63,811 nt of DNA. It comes from an uncultured Gammaproteobacteria bacterium (lineage in GTDB: Bacteria; Patescibacteriota; Microgenomatia; Levybacterales; UBA12049). The stretch lies in assembly GCA_964416445.1 (NCBI GenBank), contig CAYQEE010000001.1, forward strand, positions 1 to 63,811, given 5' to 3'. Positions within the stretch are counted from its first letter, which is position 1; each line of letters starts with the position of its first letter. A program made the translations under genes and the position numbers. Of this stretch, positions 26,264 through 36,327 are shown one piece after another. The notes below the pieces were generated by a model that was given only the letters and a program-made list of their open reading frames with translations, was not told the origin of the DNA and did no database searches.

Positions 26264-27187
26264 ATGTCCAAACTTTCAGTTGTGATCTCAGCGTATAATG
26301 AAGCAAGTAAAATTGCCGCATGCTTAGAAACTGTGCGTTTTGCGGATGAAATTATCGTTGTGAATAACAGCTCTACAGATAATACGCTTGAGATAGCCAA
26401 ACAATATACTCCGCATGTTTTTACTCGGAAAAATAATCTCATGTTAAACATTAATAAAAATTTTGGATTTTCTCAAGCCTCTGGGGATTGGATTTTATCA
26501 CTCGACGCTGATGAGCGGGTTACTCCTGAATTACGAACGGAGATGCAAAAAATACTGAAGAAAGAATCAGAGACTCAGGGATATTGGATTCCCAGGAAAA
26601 ATATTATTTTTGGGAAGTGGATTCAAAATTCGATATGGTGGCCAGACTACCAATTACGACTTTTTAAAAAAAATGCAGGAACTTTTCCTGAGAAACATGT
26701 GCACGAAATGATAACGGTGATAGGGAAGACTGAAAAATTACAAAATCCCATGACCCATGAAAATTATGCAACAATATCACAATATCTCTATAAGCTTGAT
26801 AAAATTTATACGGAAAATGAAGTGGAAAATTTTATAAACTCGGGGAAGACAATTTCATATCTTGATGCCATTCGATTTCCTCTCAATGATTTTTTAAAAA
26901 CTTTTTTTGCTCAAAAAGGATATAAGGATGGATTACATGGACTTGTACTTAGTTTGTTACAGGCATTTTATGCTGAGGTGGTATTTGCAAAGATATGGGA
27001 AAGGCAGGGATTTCATGAATATAATTCGCCACAGTTTTTGTTAGATATAGGCAGAGAATCAACGAAACTTCTCTATGAAACAAGATATTGGTATCTAACG
27101 CAATCTATTGAAGAAACAAGAAATCCAATTAAAAAAATAATGCTTAAAATAAAACGAAAAAGAATTATAAGGAAAATTTCCTCCTAA
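26264..27187 (+). CDS. GT2 glycosyltransferase
   Basis: LSVVISAYNEASKI, IIVVNNSSTDNT, LSLDADE (DxD). Confidence 0.85.
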   Translation: MSKLSVVISAYNEASKIAACLETVRFADEIIVVNNSSTDNTLEIAKQYTPHVFTRKNNLMLNINKNFGFSQASGDWILSLDADERVTPELRTEMQKILKKESETQGYWIPRKNIIFGKWIQNSIWWPDYQLRLFKKNAGTFPEKHVHEMITVIGKTEKLQNPMTHENYATISQYLYKLDKIYTENEVENFINSGKTISYLDAIRFPLNDFLKTFFAQKGYKDGLHGLVLSLLQAFYAEVVFAKIWERQGFHEYNSPQFLLDIGRESTKLLYETRYWYLTQSIEETRNPIKKIMLKIKRKRIIRKISS

Positions 27188-27190
27188 AGT

Positions 27191-28105
27191 ATGAAACGCA
27201 CTGCAATTGTTACGGTAGATTTTAATAGTGAGAATGAGACTCATGCTTGTATAGACTCTTTAAAACTTCTTGAAACCCCACAAATGATTACGCAAATTAT
27301 TGTTGTCGATAATGCTTCGAAAAAACCTTTTACTCTCACAACAAAAGAAAAAGACCAAAAGGTTATGCTCATAAGAAACGAGAAAAATCTCGGTTTTAGT
27401 GGTGGTTATAATACTGGAATTTTGGCTGCCTTAAAGGAAAAATTTGATTACATCATGATTATAAATAATGACACAATTGCGGATAAACAGTTACTGACAG
27501 AACTAATAAAAGTAGCAGAAAATAATCCATTAGCAGGAATTATTGGTCCAAAAATTTATTTTGCAAAGGGCCATGAATTTCACAGAAATCGTTATCAAGT
27601 AGGTGACTTGGGAAAAGTACTTTGGTACGCGGGCGGAGGTATTGATTGGAAAAACGTTATGTCTTACCATCGAGGTGTTGATGAAGTTGATCATGGTCAA
27701 TATGATGTAACGCAAGAAACAGGTTTTGTTACTGGATGTTGTATGTTATTTCCTCGCGAAGTGTTAGAAAAAGTTGGTATGTTAAATGATGACTACTTTC
27801 TTTATTTTGAAGATGCTGAGTTTAATATGCGAGTTTTGAAAGCAGGATATAAAATAATGTTTGCGCCGAAAGCAATACTATGGCATGTAAACGCTGTCTC
27901 TTCAGGAGGATCAGGGTCTATGTTGCACGATTATTTTATTACAAGAAATCGTCTTTATTTCGGATTATCCTATGCACCCTTTCGCGCAAAAATCGCTTTG
28001 TTCAGGGAGAGCCTAAAGTTATTAGTATATGGAAGAACTTGGCAAAAAATTGGAGTAAGAGATTTTTATTTCAATAGAAACGGTAAAGGAAGTTTTGGAA
28101 TTTGA
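27191..28105 (+). CDS. GT2 glycosyltransferase (rhamnosyltransferase/WbbL-like subtype)
   Basis: TAIVTVDFN, IIVVDNASKK, NLGFSGGYNTGI, IINNDT, GCCMLFPREV, EDAEFNMR. Confidence 0.85.
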   Translation: MKRTAIVTVDFNSENETHACIDSLKLLETPQMITQIIVVDNASKKPFTLTTKEKDQKVMLIRNEKNLGFSGGYNTGILAALKEKFDYIMIINNDTIADKQLLTELIKVAENNPLAGIIGPKIYFAKGHEFHRNRYQVGDLGKVLWYAGGGIDWKNVMSYHRGVDEVDHGQYDVTQETGFVTGCCMLFPREVLEKVGMLNDDYFLYFEDAEFNMRVLKAGYKIMFAPKAILWHVNAVSSGGSGSMLHDYFITRNRLYFGLSYAPFRAKIALFRESLKLLVYGRTWQKIGVRDFYFNRNGKGSFGI

Positions 28106-28854
28106 TCATGATAACAATTTCCGCAATTATTATTGCTAAAAATAATGAAGATATGCTTCCTGGTTGTTTGGATTCTCTTTCATTTTGCGATGAAATTATT
28201 GTAGTTGATGGAGGATCAAGTGATAGAACTGTTTCTATTGCTCAAAAACGAGGTGCCTCACTGGTAATAAGTAAAACAGATAACTTTGCTGAACAACGAA
28301 ATATAGGATTGCAAAAAGCACAGGGAATGTGGGTTTTGTATGTTGATACTGATGAAAGAGTTTCAGAAAAACTCCGTACTGAGATAGAAAAAATAATGAA
28401 ACAAACTACTGGACCGAGTGCCTATCTAATTACTCGGAAAAATTATTATTTTGGAAATAATCCTTGGCCAAAAACTGAACAGCTTGAACGTTTATTTCGG
28501 AAAGGTAGTCTAGAAAAATGGGTGGGTGAGCTTCACGAAAGTCCGATAATACACGGTAAAACAGGTAAAATAGAAGGATTTTTAATCCATTATAGTCACC
28601 GAGATTTAACCTCTATGGTTACGAAAACGAATCAATGGTCTACTATTGAAGCAAAACTCCGATATGAAAATAACCATCCGCGTATGGTATGGTGGCGTTT
28701 TCTTCGCGTTATGGTTACTAGTTTCTCAAATTCCTATTTTTCACAAGATGGTTGGAAAGCTGGAACTGTTGGGATCCTGGAAAGTACCTATCAGGCTTTT
28801 AGCATATTTATAACCTATGCGAAATTGTGGGAATTACAACATAGAAAGAAATAA
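28102..28854 (+). CDS. GT2 glycosyltransferase (paralog of 26264)
   Basis: ISAIIIAKNNEDML, IIVVDGGSSDRT, LYVDTDE; ATGA-type overlap upstream. Confidence 0.85.
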   Translation: MIMITISAIIIAKNNEDMLPGCLDSLSFCDEIIVVDGGSSDRTVSIAQKRGASLVISKTDNFAEQRNIGLQKAQGMWVLYVDTDERVSEKLRTEIEKIMKQTTGPSAYLITRKNYYFGNNPWPKTEQLERLFRKGSLEKWVGELHESPIIHGKTGKIEGFLIHYSHRDLTSMVTKTNQWSTIEAKLRYENNHPRMVWWRFLRVMVTSFSNSYFSQDGWKAGTVGILESTYQAFSIFITYAKLWELQHRKK

Positions 28855-28872
28855 GTTGTTTAACCTAACACT

Positions 28873-31281
28873 ATGCAAAGAATTATCAAAAAAATATGGC
28901 CAGCTATTATCATTTTATTTGTCTGGTTTATTTTTTCTTTCCCTTATTTTATAAAGGGTAAAATACCTTATTCAGCAACGTATCAAGTTAATAGTTTTGC
29001 ACCTTGGGATGCATATCCTCAATATAGAGGTCCCGTGAAGAATGGTGCAATACCTGATATTACAACACAAATCTATCCTTGGAAATATTTAGTCGTCACA
29101 ACATATAAAAGGGGACAGATTCCATTATGGAATCCTTATAGTTTTTCAGGCACACCATTATTAGCAAATTATCAGTCAGCAGTATTGTCTCCCCTGAACG
29201 GATTATTTTTCCTTTTTCCCTTTCGAGACGGATGGAGTTTGTTAATATTGTTTCAACCTCTCCTCTCGAGTATATTTATGTATTTGTATCTTCGTTCACT
29301 CATGATTTCAAAATGGGGTAGTCTTGTCGGTTCAGTTGCTTTTATGTTTTGTGGATTTATGACCGTATGGATGGATTATGGTACTCTCGATTATGCAATT
29401 CTCTATTTACCATTAGCACTATTTAGTATTGAAAAATTTTATAGTTATTCACAAGTACGTTATCTTTTGTTGTTTACTCTCACGATACCATTGTCATTTT
29501 TTAGTGGACATTTTCAAATTAGTTTGTATTTTATATTGAGTTTGTTCGTCTATGAGATATACAAAGGGGTAAGTAAAAAAAACAAAAAAAAGCTATTCGT
29601 GCTTCTTCTTTTTACGCTTTTTGGATTATTAGATACCTTACCGCAAGTTCTTCCTTCGCTTGAATTTTATCAACAGTCATTACGGAGTAATTTTTATATT
29701 AAATCAGAAGTTATTCCATGGGGATATCTTCCAACGTTATTTGCTCCTGATTTTTATGGGAATCCTGTAACGCGAAATGATTGGTTTGGTCATTATGCTG
29801 AGTGGAATACCTATATTGGTCTAGCGACATTATTATTTTCGTGGTATGCATTGAAATTGCGAAAACGGTTTATTTATTTTTTATTCACTATTGGTACAGG
29901 TAGCTTACTCATAGCATTACCAACACCTCTTTTTGATGGGATTGAGTTCCTCCATATTCCAGTACTTGCTACGAGTGCTGTTAGCAGAATCGTAGTAGTC
30001 TACAGTTTTTTCTTTACTGTCTTGGCTGGATTTGGATTTGATGCGTTTCTTGCTGATATTAAAAAGAAAAATAGTAAACCATTAATTATTATTCTGGGAA
30101 TATTTTCAATTGTATTTTGTTCTCTCTGGGTATCTATTTTTACCAAAAAAATACTTCCTTTTGATAAAATTGTTATTGCAAAACAAAATCTTATTTTACC
30201 AACTTTGCAGTTTATTATCATCATTGTACTATCTTGTGTGGGTGTACTCGTGAGAAAACAAAAGACAGTATTTCTCTTACTTCCACTGTTATTTTTTTGT
30301 TTAGTTTCTTTTGATATGCTACGGTTTGCAACAAAGTGGCAACCATTTGATCCTAAAGAGTTAGCATTTATAGACACTCCTGTAGAAAAATTCATTTCAA
30401 CAATCTCAGACTCAGCACGAGCAATAGGAAACTATGGGGCTGAACTTTCAAATTATTACCGAGTCCCATCACTCGAAGGCTACGATGCATTATACATAGA
30501 CCGGTATGGACAGTTTATCTCGACACTTAATACAGGTAAAATACACGAAGCAGAACACTCGGTAGTGATTTTTCCAACACATACGTTGTATACACCAAAG
30601 GTTATTAATTTATTGAATGTTGGGTATGTTATTCATAAAGTATCAGATGATTACACATCGTGGACATTTCCTTACTGGGATTATCCGAGGAGTCAGTTCC
30701 AAAAGCTTTATGATGATGGCGCATACAGAATTTATAAAAATACCATGGTTTTTCCTCGAGTATTTTTGGTAAATGATTATCTAATTAAAACAAATCCTCA
30801 ATCAATTTTTACGAATCTATTTGCTAACAATTTTGCTTTACAAAAAAGAATAATCCTAGAGAAAAATCCGGGTTTTCCTCCTAGTAACAATACTATAAAA
30901 GGTTATGCAAAGATATTAACCTATTCATCGAATAAGATAACGGTTGTTTCTTCGGAAAATCAACAGAGTCTTTTATTTTTATCTGATCCTTATTATCCAG
31001 GTTGGAGCGCGTATGTTGATGGAAAGCGAACGGAAATTTTCCGTGCAGATTATGCTTTTCGGGCATTAAACGTACCCGCAGGAAACCATGCAATTGTTTT
31101 TATCTATCAACCGTTGAGCTTTTTTATTGGAATATGGGTTGCCGTAATTTCATTATTTTCTACACTGGTTTCTTTGTTATTTCTGAGAAGAAAAAAAGAT
31201 CTTTATCTTAAGGGAACGTTCTGTCGGACGGAATTTAAAAATGTTACTTCTTTTTTTTCTGCCAAAAGGAGGCAAGGGTGA
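28873..31281 (+). CDS. YfhO family membrane glycosyltransferase (GT-C)
   Basis: ITTQIYPWK, GQIPLWNPYSFSGTPLLANYQSAVLSPLN, C-terminal YYPGWSAYVDGKRTEIFRADYAFRALNVPAGNH plus a terminal TM; 802 aa. Confidence 0.88.
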   Translation: MQRIIKKIWPAIIILFVWFIFSFPYFIKGKIPYSATYQVNSFAPWDAYPQYRGPVKNGAIPDITTQIYPWKYLVVTTYKRGQIPLWNPYSFSGTPLLANYQSAVLSPLNGLFFLFPFRDGWSLLILFQPLLSSIFMYLYLRSLMISKWGSLVGSVAFMFCGFMTVWMDYGTLDYAILYLPLALFSIEKFYSYSQVRYLLLFTLTIPLSFFSGHFQISLYFILSLFVYEIYKGVSKKNKKKLFVLLLFTLFGLLDTLPQVLPSLEFYQQSLRSNFYIKSEVIPWGYLPTLFAPDFYGNPVTRNDWFGHYAEWNTYIGLATLLFSWYALKLRKRFIYFLFTIGTGSLLIALPTPLFDGIEFLHIPVLATSAVSRIVVVYSFFFTVLAGFGFDAFLADIKKKNSKPLIIILGIFSIVFCSLWVSIFTKKILPFDKIVIAKQNLILPTLQFIIIIVLSCVGVLVRKQKTVFLLLPLLFFCLVSFDMLRFATKWQPFDPKELAFIDTPVEKFISTISDSARAIGNYGAELSNYYRVPSLEGYDALYIDRYGQFISTLNTGKIHEAEHSVVIFPTHTLYTPKVINLLNVGYVIHKVSDDYTSWTFPYWDYPRSQFQKLYDDGAYRIYKNTMVFPRVFLVNDYLIKTNPQSIFTNLFANNFALQKRIILEKNPGFPPSNNTIKGYAKILTYSSNKITVVSSENQQSLLFLSDPYYPGWSAYVDGKRTEIFRADYAFRALNVPAGNHAIVFIYQPLSFFIGIWVAVISLFSTLVSLLFLRRKKDLYLKGTFCRTEFKNVTSFFSAKRRQG

Positions 31282-31474
31282 ATCGTTGTTTTGCAAAATA
31301 GAATAAATAGATTATTTCTAAAAGTCCCAATGTGTATAGGTTAAGCACTAACATCGAAATGAACCAGTTCTTTTGATTGTGCTTTGCTGCATGCCATAAC
31401 CCAAATCCTTTCCAAAAAGTTACCCAAGAGAAAAGAAAAATAATTGCAATGGGAGAAAATGGTTGTTGAGCCAT
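31244..31474 (-). CDS. Small two-TM membrane protein, DUF5652-like
   Basis: 76 aa; WKGFGLWHAAKHNQKNWFISMLVLNLYTLGLLEIIYLFYF matches my recollection of the DUF5652 signature (WKG.ALW.AA...Q..WF....LNT.GILEI.YL); 3' end overlaps the convergent YfhO gene by 38 nt. Confidence 0.6.
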   Translation of the reverse strand: MAQQPFSPIAIIFLFSWVTFWKGFGLWHAAKHNQKNWFISMLVLNLYTLGLLEIIYLFYFAKQRFTLASFWQKKKK

Positions 31475-31521
31475 TGGATATCTTTCTATAGTAACATAAG
31501 CTTTTCATAGAAGTCAAAACT

Positions 31522-31530
31522 TGCTAGAAT
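31522..31530 (+). promoter_or_regulatory. Extended -10 (TGCTAGAAT) exactly 6 nt upstream of the GTG start (leaderless candidate)
   Basis: TGCTAGAAT at 31522-31530, TTATTC, GTG at 31537; possible -35 TTTTCA at 31502-31507 (17-nt spacer). Confidence 0.5.
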
Positions 31531-31536
31531 TTATTC

Positions 31537-32601
31537 GTGAAGATAGGAATATTCGACCCATATTTAGATTCATTGAGTGGAGGTGAAAAGTACATGTTAA
31601 CTGCAGCCTCATGCCTATCAGAAAATCATACCGTTAGTGTTTTATGGGATGATGTATCATTGAAAGAAGGAGCTCAAAAAAAATTTGGTATTGATTTGTC
31701 ACGAGTGGCTTTTTCAAATAATATATTTTCTTCATCATATTCGCTCGTGAAACGTATACGGGAATCGAGTCATTATGACGCAATATTTTATTTAAGTGAT
31801 GGCAGTCTTCCTGTGGTGGCGACAAAATTATATTTACATTTCCAATTTCCGACTGAATGGATACAAGGAAAAAGCTTCAAAAATAAATTGAAAATGCGGA
31901 GGGTATCTGCAGTTATCTGTAATTCGCTTTTTACTAAGACATATATTGATCGTACGTTTCATGTACAGAGTCTCATTTTATATCCACCGGCAAGCGAACA
32001 AGCAAAAATAAAAATTGAAAAAGCGAATTGTATCTTAACAGTTGGTAGGTTTGCAGAACTTGGAGAGGGGAGAACATTTAAAAAACAGGAGGTAATGATT
32101 GCTCTTTTTAAAGAAATGATTGATGCGGGATTAAAAAATTGGGCGTTTATATTAGTTATTAGTTTTAAACCAGAAGAGCAAGAAAAGATATCTTTTTTAA
32201 AAAAACAAATTGTTGGATATCCAATAAAAATTGTTGAGAATGCAATACATGATGAACTTATGCGCTTATATGCACAATCAAAGATTTATTGGCACGCAGC
32301 TGGATTTGGCGAAGATGTACAGAAACATCCTGAACTTGTTGAGCATTTTGGAATATCAACGGTGCAGGCAATGGAGCAAGGTGCAGTTCCAGTGGTGGTT
32401 AATTTGGGTGGACAAAAGGAAATTGTAGAAGATAATAAAAATGGATTGCTTTGGAATACAACAAAAGAGTGTCTTGAAAAAACAGAAATGTTAATACGCA
32501 ATGAAGACTTATTACAAACCTTTTCAAAAGCTGCACAAGATAGAGCCCAAGCTTTTAGTATTAAAGCTTTTTGTCATTCATTAGGTAAAATAATTGTATG
32601 A
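31537..32601 (+). CDS. GT4 (GT-B fold, 'group 1') glycosyltransferase
   Basis: C-terminal EX7E-type region EHFGISTVQAMEQGAVPVVVNLGGQKEIVEDNKNGLLW. Confidence 0.85.
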   Translation: MKIGIFDPYLDSLSGGEKYMLTAASCLSENHTVSVLWDDVSLKEGAQKKFGIDLSRVAFSNNIFSSSYSLVKRIRESSHYDAIFYLSDGSLPVVATKLYLHFQFPTEWIQGKSFKNKLKMRRVSAVICNSLFTKTYIDRTFHVQSLILYPPASEQAKIKIEKANCILTVGRFAELGEGRTFKKQEVMIALFKEMIDAGLKNWAFILVISFKPEEQEKISFLKKQIVGYPIKIVENAIHDELMRLYAQSKIYWHAAGFGEDVQKHPELVEHFGISTVQAMEQGAVPVVVNLGGQKEIVEDNKNGLLWNTTKECLEKTEMLIRNEDLLQTFSKAAQDRAQAFSIKAFCHSLGKIIV

Positions 32602-34895
32602 AGAACGTTTTACTACTGATTTTTTTACTTATTGTTATCTTCTTCTTTTTTAAACCTTTTATAAGTAATCATCTTTTACCAATTCCTGCAGATACGATCA
32701 TTGGGTTATATCATCCATATCGAGATTTATATGCATTAACAAATCCCAATGGTATTGCTTACAAAAATTTTCTCATTACCGATCCTGTTAGGCAGCAATT
32801 TCCTTGGAGAAACTTAGCAATATCACTCGAAAAATCATTACAATTGCCCTTATGGAATCCATATACTTTTTCAGGATCTCCATTGCTTGCTAATTTCCAA
32901 TCAGCAACCTTTTATCCATTAAATATTTTCTTGTTTATTTTCCCGTTTTCATTTGGGTGGAGTATGTTGGTTATTTTGCAACCTGTGTTATCTGCAGTAT
33001 TTCTTTTTTATTATTTACGTAAAATAAAACTTTCAAGTATCGGTGCGTTTATTGGTTCCTTTACTTTTGCTTTTTGTGGGTATGCAGTTGCTTGGATGCA
33101 ATGGAATACCTTAGGACATGTTTCTTTATGGTTACCGTTAATATTACTCTCAACAGAGTATTTACTTGAGAAAATATCTCCTCTTTGGGTTTGTATTATC
33201 TCATTTGCTCTTGTGAGCCAAATATTTGGAGGGCATTTACAAATACTTTTTTATTCTATACTCATAAGTTGTAGCTATACATTAGCAAGAGTTTACCAAA
33301 CAACTCGACTCACAGCTAATAAAGAGCTGGTATTTTTTGGAAGGAAATTGTTTCCTTTTCTCTGTATAGGGATAATAGTTTCCGTAATTACTGCAATTCA
33401 ATGGATACCAACTCTGCAATTTATTATGCTCTCTGCAAGATCAGCTGATCAAATGTCATGGAAACAAACTGGATGGTTTCTTCCTTGGCAAAACCTTGCT
33501 CAATTTCTAGCTCCTGATTTTTTTGGCAATCCAACAACACTCAATTATTGGGGTATTTGGAACTATGGAGAATTTATAGGGTATGTTGGTGTTTTACCTC
33601 TGATATTAGGCTTACTAGCAATCGTTTCTCGAAGAGATAAAAAAACTCTTTTCTTTGGCACTTTTTTTGTGCTCTCGTTACTTTTTGCATTACCAACGGT
33701 AATTTCTTCTTTGCCGTTCGTCTTGAATATCCCATTACTTGCGACATCACAACCTACACGTTTATTATTTATTACTGATTTTACGCTTTCTATATTAGCT
33801 GCTTTGGGATGGGATTATTTTCAGAAGAATAAAAAAACACTTTTGCTTCCGCTTCTTATAGTTGGACTCAGTTATAGTGCATTATGGATTTTTGTATTGA
33901 GTTGGAAGGCAGGATTCTTATTCGCCCATATATCCACTCATCTCACGATAAATGATATTCTCACCGCCAAAAGAAATTTAGTTATACCAACAATACTTTT
34001 TTTCATAACAGCACTTTTATTGGTGGCATATTCTTTTTCTCACAAAGTTAAAAGTGTATGGTTTTCAAGAGGTATTATTGCTTTTCTCGTAGTAGTACTC
34101 GTGATCGATCTTTTTCGGTTTGCTGATAAATTTCTTCCATTTAGTCCCAAGCAATACCTTTTCCCCCAAACAGCTACAATTTCATTTCTGGAAAATAACT
34201 TGGGCATCTATCGTTATATGACTACTGATTCTCAAATCTTACCACCAAATTTTTCTACCATGTATCATTTAGCAACTGTTGATGGGTATGATCCATTATA
34301 TCTTCTATCATATGGTCAATTAATTGCTGCATCTGAACGACATAAACCAAATATTCAGTCTCCTTTTGGATTCAATAGGATTATCACACCACATAATATT
34401 GATAGTCCTATTATGAATCTTCTTGGTGTTCGATATATTCTTTCACTTACGGAACTTTCCCCGCAAAAATATGTTAAAGTATTTCAAGAAGGAGAAACCA
34501 GAGTATATGAGAATCCCTATGTTATGGCGCGTACTTTCTTTGTTCGAGAAGCAATACAACTTCCTAAAGAACAAGAAGTAATATCGACATTATTTGACCC
34601 GACGATTAATTTAAGAAATATCGCAACTATCACAGCTCCATCCAGACTGATGAGTACCCATTTCTATTCGATTGGTTCAGTGAAAATTGTTCACTATTCT
34701 GCAAATAGCGTTGTTCTAGAAACACAAAATAAGGGAGAAGGACTACTTGTGTTAACCGATTTATTTTATCCCACATGGAGCGTTTCGATTGATGGACAAA
34801 TAAAGAAAATTTTACTGACAGATTTTGCTCTTCGAGGAGTGATTGTTCCTGCTGGAATACATACTGTCGTTTTTTCTGATAATCTTTTCAATTAA
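32598..34895 (+). CDS. YfhO family membrane glycosyltransferase (GT-C), lacks the C-terminal TM seen in its paralogs
   Basis: VRQQFPWR, LQLPLWNPYTFSGSPLLANFQSATFYPLN, C-terminal FYPTWSVSIDGQ...VPAGIHTVVFSDNLFN then stop; ATGA overlap upstream. Confidence 0.88.
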   Translation: MKNVLLLIFLLIVIFFFFKPFISNHLLPIPADTIIGLYHPYRDLYALTNPNGIAYKNFLITDPVRQQFPWRNLAISLEKSLQLPLWNPYTFSGSPLLANFQSATFYPLNIFLFIFPFSFGWSMLVILQPVLSAVFLFYYLRKIKLSSIGAFIGSFTFAFCGYAVAWMQWNTLGHVSLWLPLILLSTEYLLEKISPLWVCIISFALVSQIFGGHLQILFYSILISCSYTLARVYQTTRLTANKELVFFGRKLFPFLCIGIIVSVITAIQWIPTLQFIMLSARSADQMSWKQTGWFLPWQNLAQFLAPDFFGNPTTLNYWGIWNYGEFIGYVGVLPLILGLLAIVSRRDKKTLFFGTFFVLSLLFALPTVISSLPFVLNIPLLATSQPTRLLFITDFTLSILAALGWDYFQKNKKTLLLPLLIVGLSYSALWIFVLSWKAGFLFAHISTHLTINDILTAKRNLVIPTILFFITALLLVAYSFSHKVKSVWFSRGIIAFLVVVLVIDLFRFADKFLPFSPKQYLFPQTATISFLENNLGIYRYMTTDSQILPPNFSTMYHLATVDGYDPLYLLSYGQLIAASERHKPNIQSPFGFNRIITPHNIDSPIMNLLGVRYILSLTELSPQKYVKVFQEGETRVYENPYVMARTFFVREAIQLPKEQEVISTLFDPTINLRNIATITAPSRLMSTHFYSIGSVKIVHYSANSVVLETQNKGEGLLVLTDLFYPTWSVSIDGQIKKILLTDFALRGVIVPAGIHTVVFSDNLFN

Positions 34896-35068
34896 TGAGT
34901 ATTTTGTTTTCAAAGAAAACAATAAAATGTATGGTATACTTAAGAATAAATAAGTTTCATGGAGTAAGTACTTTTGTAAGCTTGCAAAACGAATATGTTA
35001 TAGGGAAATTCCAGCAGAGAAAACATAAATGTATTCAAATCCAAATCACAAAAAGTCATGAGTAAATT

Positions 35069-36238
35069 ATGATATCTAAAGTAAAAAAAAATAAAAAGAA
35101 ATTATATAAATTAGTTGAAAATAAATTTTATATTCCTATTATCTGTCTATTATTATTTTTTTGTATTATTGGAAGTTTTTATTTTTTTATTCAAACACAT
35201 CAGGTTTTTGCCGCTAATTTTGCGGATGATTTTTTAAGGCCACGAATAGGAAATCAAGCAACGATTGCTATTGAGGCATTCTTTTTTCAACTTCAAGATA
35301 ATGCAAATCAAGTAAAATACGCCTTTATTAAACCAGATTCACAAATTTTCGCTAATCCAAAAGTTGCACAAAATACTACAACGGTAATAAATACTGAAGA
35401 AAACTTTACGTTAACACCAATCCCGCCATTAACAGGTTTTAGTTTAATACCAGGAGAGGGAAATTGGATTTCGATTAATTCAGGAACAAGCAATACTATT
35501 ATGGCAAAAACGTTTATTCGACCGGACCCTCAACGTTCATATGCTATTGTTAGTTTAGTGAAAATGGACATGTCCAAGTTAGCTGTTGCAGCAGTGGCAG
35601 GTTATCGTGAACCTGGAGGTCCCCAAAATCGAGGTCCGGGTATTATTCCAAAAGCAATGCAAAACAGTAATATGTTACTCGCAGCTTTCAATGGAGGATT
35701 TCAGAGAAAAGATGGAGCGTACGGTATGATCGTTGGAGGGGTAACCTATTTACCGTTAAAAGAAAATTTAGCAACGTTTGTTATTTATCAAAATGATAAG
35801 CCTAAAATTGTTAATTTTACAGGTCAAAATTTAGGTAACGATATTTTTGCAATTCGACAAAATGGACCGCTGTTATTAGAAAATGGCGAAATTATTACAG
35901 CATCAGAATCTTGGAATATGCAAACCTGGGGATTAACAACAACAAATAGCATGTATACATGGCGATCGGGAATAGGAATAACAAAAAATGGAAATTTACT
36001 ATACGCTGCTGGCCCATCACTAATTCCGGAAACTCTTGCTGCGGCACTCAAAGCTGCAGGTGCAGTTAATGCGATGCAACTTGATATAAATCCTGTATGG
36101 GTTCGGTTTGTCACCTTTACACCAACAGGAAATGGGTCATACGCAACGTACCCGTTAGCACAGGGTATGGTAAATGGAGGATATGAATATTTGCATGGTT
36201 ACCAGAAAGATTTCTTCTATGTTTATAAAAAAAGTTGA
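35069..36238 (+). CDS. Secreted/anchored phosphodiester glycosidase family protein (NAGPA/DUF2233-like)
   Basis: N-terminal TM; LAAFNGGFQRKDGAYGMIVGG, GIGITKNGNLLYAAG, GAVNAMQLDINPVW, typical of the phosphodiester glycosidase fold. Confidence 0.75.
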   Translation: MISKVKKNKKKLYKLVENKFYIPIICLLLFFCIIGSFYFFIQTHQVFAANFADDFLRPRIGNQATIAIEAFFFQLQDNANQVKYAFIKPDSQIFANPKVAQNTTTVINTEENFTLTPIPPLTGFSLIPGEGNWISINSGTSNTIMAKTFIRPDPQRSYAIVSLVKMDMSKLAVAAVAGYREPGGPQNRGPGIIPKAMQNSNMLLAAFNGGFQRKDGAYGMIVGGVTYLPLKENLATFVIYQNDKPKIVNFTGQNLGNDIFAIRQNGPLLLENGEIITASESWNMQTWGLTTTNSMYTWRSGIGITKNGNLLYAAGPSLIPETLAAALKAAGAVNAMQLDINPVWVRFVTFTPTGNGSYATYPLAQGMVNGGYEYLHGYQKDFFYVYKKS

Positions 36239-36267
36239 AAATAATCGTACGTGTTAGAAGCTAAATA

Positions 36268-36296
36268 TTGACATTACTTCTCCGGTATTCCACAAT
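36268..36296 (+). promoter_or_regulatory. Sigma70-like promoter TTGACA-N17-CACAAT
   Basis: Perfect -35 TTGACA at 36268-36273, 17-nt spacer, -10 CACAAT at 36291-36296; ATG at 36328. Confidence 0.4.
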
Positions 36297-36327
36297 AAAT
36301 GAATAGATTGTATCGTTTACGTAATTT

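Noticed and set aside
34907-34925. Hairpin TTGTTTTC-AAA-GAAAACAA after the 32598 YfhO gene as a terminator
   Set aside because: It is an 8-bp, nearly all-A/T stem with a 3-nt loop and no T-tract, so it is too weak to call.
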